Shown here one piece after another: positions 54,955-64,000 of a stretch of DNA of 64,000 nucleotides (position 1 is the first letter of the stretch; the number at the start of each line of letters is the position of its first letter). Below the pieces are notes generated by a model. It did no database searches. It was not told the origin of the DNA and saw only the letters and a program-made list of their open reading frames with translations. The translations under genes were made by a program, and so were the position numbers. Source of the stretch: Eledone cirrhosa (lineage: Eukaryota); assembly GCA_964016885.1 (NCBI GenBank), contig OZ024741.1, positions 176,204,001 to 176,268,000 of the forward strand. The letters run 5' to 3'.

Positions 54955-55670
54955 GTTGAACAAAAAGGTGACGTGGTTGCCTAAACACTGTACGGTGTAA
55001 TTCGGGCTGTTTGTTTGTTTACAAACAAACAAACCGAGCATTATAATAAATGTTCGGTAAACCGATACGTGCATATATATATATGTGCATGTATGTATAT
55101 ATATACATACTACTGTACGTCTGTATACATATATGTATGTACGTATACATACATATATACTTACATTTAAGTAATTGCCGTACTAAGAGTGAGAAATGAA
55201 ATTTCGTTTCATTCTATTCCATTTATCGTTTTTGCTGTGCCCAGCCGACTGAACTCACTCGATATCCAAATTAGGCTGCTCGTCCGTTAATATGCATAAG
55301 GAAAGTATATACTTTCAGACGTTCAACCATCTGACAGGAAGGTATACGATGCTGACGATAGCTAATAAGCTAGGAACTAGTACATCGTTCCTGTGTCAGT
55401 GTTGAACAAAAAGGTGACGTGATTGCCTAAACACTGTACGGCGTAATTCGGGCTGTTTGTTTGTTTACAAACAAACAAACCGAGCATTATAATAAATGTT
55501 CGGTAAACCGATACGTGCATATATATATATGTGTGCATGTATGTATATATATACATACTACTGTACGTCTGTATACATATATGTATGTACGTATACATAC
55601 ATACGTAATTACATTTAAGTAAGTGCCGTACTAAGAGTGAGAAATGAAATTTCGCTTCGTTCTATTCCAT
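54955..55670 (+). mobile_element. 446-bp unit in about 1.6 tandem copies with an HHR at 55347-55387
   Basis: Repeat starts at 54955 and 55401; cgatg-ctgacga-tagct aata agcta-gga-actagt-a-catcg (A13G). Confidence 0.8.
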
Positions 55671-56227
55671 ATATATATACCAACATACACATGTATTTAG
55701 ACAGAATTGGTTACCGACATATCTACTCAACTTTGTATGCAATTCAAAAATATACAGTGTTAAAAGTTCCTGTATATTTTTTCTTGGTGTTCTAGATGCG
55801 AATACAATTACAGTGAAACGAAATGGAATTAGTAAAAATTAAGAATAATATATAAATCTATATAAATAAATAATACATAAAAAATGTAGAATATCTACTA
55901 TGTTTGGAATGATGTTCCGCTGTATTTCGTGTAAATGCCACCAGAAAAATTGTATTGTTAATTACTTTACAGCTTAGCTTTTTTTTAATGGAGACACCAG
56001 GCTTGAACATAATTAAAGCAATACATGGAATTTAATCATATAATTAGCAATAGCAACAAAGAATTTCCAGATTCCTCCCATGTTTTCGAAATGTTCAGTT
56101 ATTGAATAAATATTGTATGTAGAAGAATATCAGTAAATGCCATAGTCTGTATTGTACTACAGGAGAATTGCATCTAGATATTGTGTTCTTGTGATATATA
56201 TGGAATAAATCTTTTTATTCGTAGCTT

Positions 56228-56415
56228 TGGTAGATTGGCAGTATCGGTAGAGAGTCGGACGCCATGCTTTCCAGCATAGTTACGTCCCTTTACGGTCTGA
56301 GTTCAAATCCCGCCGAGGTTAACTTTGCCTTTCATCCTTACGGGTCGATAAAATAAAGTACCAGTAATGTACTGGTTAATTGCTGGCCTTGTGCCTAAAG
56401 TAGAAACAATTATTA
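56228..56415 (+). mobile_element. tRNA-derived SINE
   Basis: A-box tggcagtatcgg, B-box gagttcaaatcc. Confidence 0.88.
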
Positions 56416-56584
56416 TACGGATATGCTGCAGAGTTTTTAGAACATTGGATTAAAATAGAGCATCAACATCAGTTCCAACACGAAAAAGAGTATCGTGGAG
56501 AAGCAAGAATAATAATAATAACAAAAAGAAGAATAAGAAAATAATAGTAATAATAATTATAGTAATAATAATAATGATAATAAT

Positions 56585-56777
56585 AATAATTGTTTCTACT
56601 TTAGGCACAAGGCCAGCAATTATCCAGTTCATTACTGGTACTTTATTTTATCGACCCCGTAAGGATGAAAGGCAAAGTCAACCTCGGCGGCATTTGAACT
56701 TAGATTGTAAAGGGACGTGACTATGCCGGAAAGCATGGCGTCCGACTCTCTACCGATACTGCCAATCCACCGCCCAA
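56585..56777 (-). mobile_element. tRNA-derived SINE (inverted relative to 56228-56415)
   Basis: Reverse complement of the same family, with (TAA)n tail. Confidence 0.88.
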
Positions 56778-57065
56778 TGATAATAATAATAATGGTTTCT
56801 TTATTGGCCACAAGTGTTAACATGAAGAAAATCATTACAGACGGCACAGAACGGTACATGACGAGAAAATACAAAGTGGGTTTGGGCCGTGTAAAAAAAC
56901 TTATAACAAAAAACCTAGAAATGTGTAGAACAAATTAAAATTTCAAACGACAAAAATTCCCCAATAGGGCGGAAGCCTCCGAGGGTCACTCGTGGTGAAA
57001 GCCACCCAAGAGACCACGGCCACTCTGACCACCAGGGTAAGCGCCCTCTCTCAGTTCTCCCACTC
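56778..57065 (-). mobile_element. 3' end of a Tx1-like LINE with (ATT)n tail
   Basis: Minus cttgtggccaataaagaaacc(att)n resembles the 3' end cttgtggctaataaagaaat of the LINE at 42400. Confidence 0.6.
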
Positions 57066-57079
57066 CTCATTCTACAGGC

Positions 57080-58812
57080 GCATACTCAGAAGTGAAACTT
57101 GAAAAATTTAATCAGGGATTTGCCGGAGAGGAAAATGGAGTTCTACCAGATGAGCAGAAAGGGCGCAAGCGTAAGTGCAGAGGTACAAAGGACCAGCTTT
57201 TGATAGATAAAGCTATAATTAAGGAAAGCAAGAGGAAGAAAACCCACTTGACAATGGCCGCAAATTCTGTGACATGATTCTGCACTATTGGATTATTGAA
57301 TGCATTAACTTATTTGGAAAAGTATGAAAGAATGGAAGAATGATTGACAGAATATGGAAGAGATTTAGGAACAATAGAAATCAAGAGGTGGTATATTTCA
57401 AGGGGGTAGTCGCCACCACTGATGTGTGTACTGTGCATGATATCACTGACAATGAATATGAAAAAAGCTAAGACTGGGTAGGAATTCAAAGGTCGCCAGC
57501 AAAAAATGCACCCTTTTATGGTAAGTATGAATCCCAGATTGGTTCCCTTGTGCTGACATCAGAATGGGTTTTAGATTAAAAAGAAGTGCCATCAGTTGAA
57601 CAATGGCAAAATTAAAACCAAACATTGATGTGTTGGTGATGCCATATGGAAAAGTTATGAAGCAAATAAAAATGAAGGGTATAAGTACTTAGGGATATTG
57701 GAAGTTGATAAGATAATGCAGGAAGAAATGAAAGAAACATTTGTGGTAGAATACATGCGCAGAGAAAGACTTGTACTCAAGTTGAAAGTGAATAAACGGA
57801 TTAAGATGGAGGCTATCAATACATCACTCTATCACTCCTTAGATAGGGGACAGGGGGTGATCCCATGGAGAGTGGAAGAGCTGAACAGTTTAGACTGAAA
57901 GGCAAGAAATATATTGACTAGATATGGGGTTTTTCACCCAAAGAGCGACACAGATTATATATACCAATAAAGAGGGGAGGAAGTGGACTGGTGGGGTGCG
58001 AAGACAGCATCGGAACAGACGAAAATAACATGGTGTAGTATATACAAATAATCCACAGAACCGCTGTTGCTGGAAGAAAGGTCAGGGCTATGCAGAATAG
58101 AAACACAATACAAACATTTTAGGAGTGATGAAACTGAATGTAGATGGACAGAGAAGGGAATATATGGACAATTCCATAAATATATTGAAGATAGGAAAGA
58201 CTAGCTAAACGTGATCGAAAACCCGAAACAGAAGCCTTAATATGTGCTGCTCAAGAACGAGCAATAAGAATTAACAACATCAAGCATAGGATAGACCACA
58301 CAGTAGAAAGTAATAAAGGTAGAATTTGTGGCATGAATGGAGAATGAATTCAATGTACACAACTAGGCCAGAAAGAATATAAGAGACATCACGGCAACAT
58401 ATCAAGGATAGTCCATTGGGCACTTTGTGGCAATATTCACTTGACACAGTAGAAACGTGGAACGAACATAAACATGAGGGCATTATCAAAAATGATAGTG
58501 TGGTATTTGTGATACAGTAAGATCATGAGATTGAGCATAGGAGAGCAGATATTGTATTAATTGAGAAAGAAAGCAAACAGTGTTGGATCAAAGATATAGC
58601 CTGTCTAGCTGATAAAGAAGCAAACAATTGATAGACATGACAGTTTAGCACTTACAAAAAATAGCATTGCTTGGAACAGCTTCAATACTCAGGCGGATAC
58701 TCGAAAAATATGAGGTGTTACCTCAGTTCACAGGTAATGAACAGCTAACACTATAATACATCTCCAGCGTGAGAAGGTGAGCTAACAAACAATAATAGTA
58801 ATAATAATATTA
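57080..58812 (+). mobile_element. Degraded R4/Dong-like (RLE-type) non-LTR retrotransposon
   Basis: [60 protein letters not shown]; ends in (AAT)n. Confidence 0.8.
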
Positions 58813-58814
58813 AT

Positions 58815-59003
58815 AATTGTTTCTACTTTTGGCACAAGGCCCGCAATTACCCAATGTATTACTGGTACTTTATTTTATCGACCCAGTAAGGATGAAAAGC
58901 AAAGTTAACCTTGGCGGGATTTGAACTCAAAATCGCAAGGGCCGTAACTCTATACGTAAAAGCATGGCGTCCGACCCTCTACCGATACTGCCAATTCACC
59001 GCC
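58815..59003 (-). mobile_element. tRNA-derived SINE
   Basis: Same family, reverse strand. Confidence 0.85.
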
Positions 59004-59818
59004 ATAATAATAATATTAATAATGATTTCTAGTAGACCAGTAATTTGGTGTAAGGGTAAAGTCGATTAAATCGACCTCAGTACATCACTGGTGGTTTATT
59101 TTACGGACACCGTAACGATGAAAGACAAAGTTCGCAAACTCTAATGTATCATCACCGTAGGTATATTAAATTCTATATAATGAATCTAACGACAAATCAT
59201 TCATTGCTAATAAACTTCTGGAATGTTTAGTAATATTACATTTTACAGCTAGTTATTAATATGAGTAAGAGAGGAAAGGAATATAATATCAGATCCACCA
59301 ATTTCACCAGAAATTTCTTAATGATTGAAGAAACGATTGAAAAATAATTATACATTATGTAACTTAAATATTGCTGTTGCTGTTTCGCCCAAGATTTTAT
59401 TCGATCAAGCAGAATTATGATGAAAGGCTTATCAATTTTGAACATATCGTTTCCTATATCCAAGAAGTATTGCCCTTTTAAAAGATAGTAGTGTATAATT
59501 TGCGGGTGATTTGGCTGTTATATCTAATAGATAGTAGTTTAATACATTTTACGTTGAAGCTTATAGTTAATAGGTTATATCAATGAGGTATGGAATATAT
59601 GATTTGGTGACAAACCTAAGAATAACTCCTATAAAACAGATAGCATCTACAAAATAAAATTTTACGAATGCAGTTTCATGTAAGGAATTGCCATATCATA
59701 CCACAAGAAAAGAATTCAAGCAAATCAGAAAGTTATAATGGTTGGTTTGATGTTTAAAACCCCCAGTATTGAACATAATGCATATCTATCTATCTATCTA
59801 TCTAAAGAAATATATCTA

Positions 59819-59849
<31 letters not shown>

Positions 59850-60880
59850 ATATATATACCTGTCTGTCAGTATGTATGTACGTGTGCGTGCTCGCTTGCA
59901 TGCATGTCTGTCTGTCTGTATGTAAGTATGAGTATTATATATGTATATTTAGAAATGCATTCTATTGATGAAGGGTTTCGTAAAAATGATAACGATTGCA
60001 TTTGCTTTCGTTCGATAAGAGAGATACTGATAGCGAAAAAAAACAAAATAACAAAAGAAAAAAACAATCAACTAAAATAACAAGAATTTTCAAACAATAA
60101 AAAAAGGGAAATTGGGAATCAGATACAGAAATTCTCTATCCCTATATCCATTTCTCAAATATGTATAAGTACAATGTCTAAATCTTTGTGGCGCTGTCCA
60201 ATTATGTAATACACAGACCTAATTTAAATATAATATTTGGGAAAGCGTGATTTACATGATTTGTTTTCTTCCATAGCCTAGAGGCTTCATAAATTGATCA
60301 TTCATTTACTATGTATAGTGTAAAAATTAGGTTCATGATAAATGATTTTACTTAATATAAAAATAATTGTAACTACGAGAATTATGATACATCTAAAAGC
60401 AATTGCAGATACTAAATGACTAAATGGTATAGACAATACCCCAGCCACACATACACATACATATACACAGACACACAGAAATATATAAAAGGGAGAAACT
60501 AAATTAAACATGAAACAATGTATTTCGTAATAGATCAGAAAAATTTACTGTCTATGAAGAAGCGATTGCTCACTCAAAAATATAGAGTATTTTATGCTTT
60601 TATCATTGTTGGTAATGTGGTTTCTGTTACCAGTGTTGTTTACAAAATATCATGTTTGTATGAGGCGGTTCAGTCATTGGTGTTGTTTGATTGCATTTCA
60701 GTGAGTAGTTTGGAAACAGTTAACGTTTTTGAGCCTTCAAAGTCTTTTGTGCAGAGTTGTCTCTTTCGATGTTTTCTGGTGGCGTACAGATGCAGGTTAC
60801 CAGCTGTGATTATGAAGCAGACGAACATCGTACAACCGGTATTCAAGCTGTATTTTTCTGGCATTATATATTACCGCTTT

Positions 60881-61070
60881 AGGGCGGTGGATTGACAGTA
60901 TCGGTAGAGAGTCGGACGCCATGCTTTCCAGCATAGTTACGTCCATTTACGGTCTGAGTTCAAATCCCGCCGAGGTTTACTTTTCCTTTCATCCTTACGG
61001 GGTCGATAAAATAAAGTACCAGTGATGCACTGGTTAATTGCTGGCCTTGTGCCTGAAGTAGAAACAATTA
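60881..61070 (+). mobile_element. tRNA-derived SINE
   Basis: Same family, A- and B-box region present. Confidence 0.85.
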
Positions 61071-62140
61071 TATATTACCGCTTCGTACTCCCAGAGAACG
61101 ATAATCTGAGTTTTCTTTGGTGTTTGACACGCCTATGGTGACGTCGTTAGCATATGCTGACAAAACTCCACATCCTAAGGCAGGTGGTTTGCCCCCCCCC
61201 CCCAACATTTCCATTTGTGCAGTAATGATTCGAGAATAAAAACATACAAAAGGGATCGGAGTAAACAACATTGGCGAACCGAGAGCATGGTGTCGAACAT
61301 TTCCGAAATATAACTGTTCACTCTAACGACAGAGCAGATATCACAGTCAATTGCTGCAAGACAGCCTCTGAAAGGGACCCGAAGCCGATTGCATTGAGAA
61401 CCACTGAGAAGATAGAAATGGTCACTCCAAACGAAAGCTTTCGATTGATCTACGTTAATGAGGGCCCCACCCGTGCCAAGTACCTTCATTACCCTCTCTT
61501 AGATGTATTGCATGATAGATCAGTTTAGGATGGTGGCACGTTTGTGGCTTCCCTACCGACGACAAGTGCCAACATCGTAGTTAACACCTTGTCCAAAATT
61601 TGTAACACTGCATTCTGCACAGTTATGGGCTTGAAATTATGAATATGGACCGCTTGTTTGGGGCCTTTCTTAGAATGGCTAACGATCCACGGCACCCAGA
61701 ACTTGACATTCCCACCTTCTGCTGCCAGTTGCAGTAGACGGCGGTCAAGAGATCACAGAACATGCCTGATATGTAAACGTAAAGCTCGTAGTTCAGACTA
61801 TACAAATTAGATTGTTTGCCCCCGCAAGCATCCAGTCATTGCCTTAAGTATCTCAGGGACTGTTTTCGGCTTCTTACAACACCTCGAAGCAGGTAGTAAA
61901 GTTTATCTCACATTCAGCATCCAGTAACTGGGTCCTTGCCCAACGAAGCCTGTCTGGTCTGTGTGGTCGATTTCTTGAATTGTGAACATATTATACTAGC
62001 CTTGTCTACTTCCCTACAAAATATCCCATCGCGATATGATCTGGGTGACGCTATGGGTGTTGTCCATGTCCACATTTACACATTCGGGAAATCCAGTCGT
62101 TATCTGTCAGGCAATTGGTAATGTTTTGAGGCTTTTACAC
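61070..62140 (-). mobile_element. Degraded Tx1/L1-like LINE fragment
   Basis: GGALINVDQSKAF, SVRQ, SAYANDVT, NWQQ; parallels 39200-40900. Confidence 0.8.
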
Positions 62141-62446
62141 CCACCAAACCTATTTACTAGCCACACATAGTCGCAGGTTGTAGTAGTGAAATTAATATCA
62201 ATGATATTGTATTTATAGTTTTGCGAACAATTTGTGAATATTTTTATATGAGATTTTGCAATACAACATTCGCCTTCGGGCTACTTAGGCGTGTAGACTA
62301 TTGATATTTAGTAATGTAGAATAAAACCCAATTACATGAATGTGTATGAATGTGAAAGTGTGTTTGTGCGTGTGTAAGTTTGAATGTATAGAGAAAAGGA
62401 AAGTACAACCCCCCCCCCCCCTATATATGTATATATATATATATAT

Positions 62447-62972
62447 ATATAAAAGACGTAAAATAAGAAAATATCTTTTAAAAAAAATTTTTTTTTAATT
62501 TTTTACTTACTTAAATTTTCACTCCAACTAATTAGTTTCTGCAATGGGATAAAGACAGTTACGTAATCCAACTGGCGAGAATTCATTGCGTCATCAGGGA
62601 GTCTATTCTCAGTTAAGTCTCCAGGCAATGCGCGGACACTGGCGGCTCATATAAAAATAATAATAATTCGGTAGATCGAACAGCTTGCGAGGACTGGATT
62701 CTATGTACCGAAATTCTCACTGCTTCAAGTCAAATGGCCGATTCTAAAGAATCAATCACGTGACACAGAGGCTAGTTAGAAGGAATGGGATGGTAAGATG
62801 ACTGACGCCTACTAACACCCCCAAAAAAATTTTTTTAGAAGTGGTTTTGGCAAGTTTGCTCGACAAATCAGTGATTTGGAGATAAATTTAAGTAAGTAAA
62901 AAATTTAAGTAAGTAAAAAATTTTAAACAAATTTTTTTTAAAAGATATTTTCTTATTTTACGTCTTTTATAT
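62447..62972. mobile_element. Element with about 70-bp inverted ends and an HHR (62521-62602, minus)
   Basis: Minus: actcc-ctgatga-c-gcaatg..cattgc-a-gaa-actaattagt-t-ggagt; atataaaagacgtaaaataagaaaatatctttt is mirrored at 62940-62972. Confidence 0.82.
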
Positions 62973-63087
62973 TATTGTTCTGCATTCTCCTGCATTGAAC
63001 CACCTATGTACTATGACATAACCTGTGTATTTGCTAGCATGGGCGTGCATCTGTGCGCTTATGTTAGTTGATATATTAAATTATCTA

Positions 63088-63127
<40 letters not shown>

Positions 63128-63326
63128 TTATATTTAATTTGTTGGGATACAGAATTGTTGCATTTTTTAAGGGTATGTCAATATTGATTTATAAAACTAA
63201 CCTATATTATATTTTATCTGATGAAAGCGCACCATAGTTTGCCTTGTTGACCCTAGAAATATGTATAATGAAATAAATATGGTTTTATAAATATAGTTTC
63301 CATTTGTTAAAATATTATATATATAT

Positions 63327-63880
63327 ATTTATTAAAATAACAGATTAAAGTTTAAGCAAAGAATCGCTGCTTTCTCCCTTAACGGGATCTTCTGAAACTA
63401 ACAAAGTTAATCTGTGAACGCAGAAGTGAATATTTCAAAAAACGTTGCAACCGGAGGAAGACAGGAAGACGATACTTTGGTTCGTGGAAACGTTCCCTGG
63501 CAAAGAACGAGAAAAAACGAATATAATACGTCATTATTTGGAGCGGTGAAAAACAATTACACGCAAAGAGAAAACCACGTTTATTGTATAAAAGAAGTTG
63601 TAGACTAATATTCTATTAGGTGGTTCATAGAGACGTTCTCTGGCAATGAACGAAAAAAACGAAGATAATACGTCATATGTGGATCGGTGAGAACAATAGC
63701 ACGCAAAGACAAAACCACGTAAATGGTATAACTGAAGTTGTAGACTAAAATTGTAACTAGGAAATCGAATGATTCTCGGCTTCAGAGTTAAGAATAAAGT
63801 AAATAAAATACAGAGGTAATCGAAATTAAATAATTACATACACGCATCCATATACACAAGCATACGCGAAAACACTCGCC
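63327..63880. mobile_element. Repeat family copy with HHR-like motif at 63349-63399 (minus, core CAGAAGA)
   Basis: Minus: agttt-cagaaga-tccc gttaa ggga-gaa-agca..tgct-t-aaact; paralogs at 13047 and 26775. Confidence 0.75.
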
Positions 63881-64000
63881 ATAGGTATACAAATACACGC
63901 ACGTACACAAAGAAAAACAAAACCCTCACGCCCATACAGAACCCATGCAACGCCTGTACACGCACGCATACGAATGTATACACCAAATACACATACAAAT

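Overview
AT-rich, microsatellite-dense, repeat-saturated animal genomic DNA. The SINE, LINE and microsatellite make-up suggests an octopus or other cephalopod (inference). I find no supportable host gene, and most ORF-track entries are translated (TA)n/(CA)n tracts. The window holds: a near-full-length Penelope-like element (PLE, 46317-51862, minus) with direct and inverted pseudo-LTRs; three more truncated PLEs; a decayed autonomous Helitron with a non-autonomous partner; a Tx1/L1-clade LINE in a (TCTA)n tract; RTE and R4/Dong-like LINE remnants; and tRNA-type SINEs. The main hidden layer is about 30 type I hammerhead ribozyme (HHR) motifs by manual count, about 16 with an intact consensus core, from many unrelated non-coding families mostly inserted in (TA)n. 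They include a near-identical tandem array of 630-bp units with one complete HHR per unit (43591-45673). Together with 446- and ~570-bp HHR units and 615/527-bp tandem units, this looks like a retrozyme-like, circular-RNA-based system of non-autonomous elements, probably mobilised by the PLE RT/GIY-YIG proteins. All coordinates and folds were read by eye.
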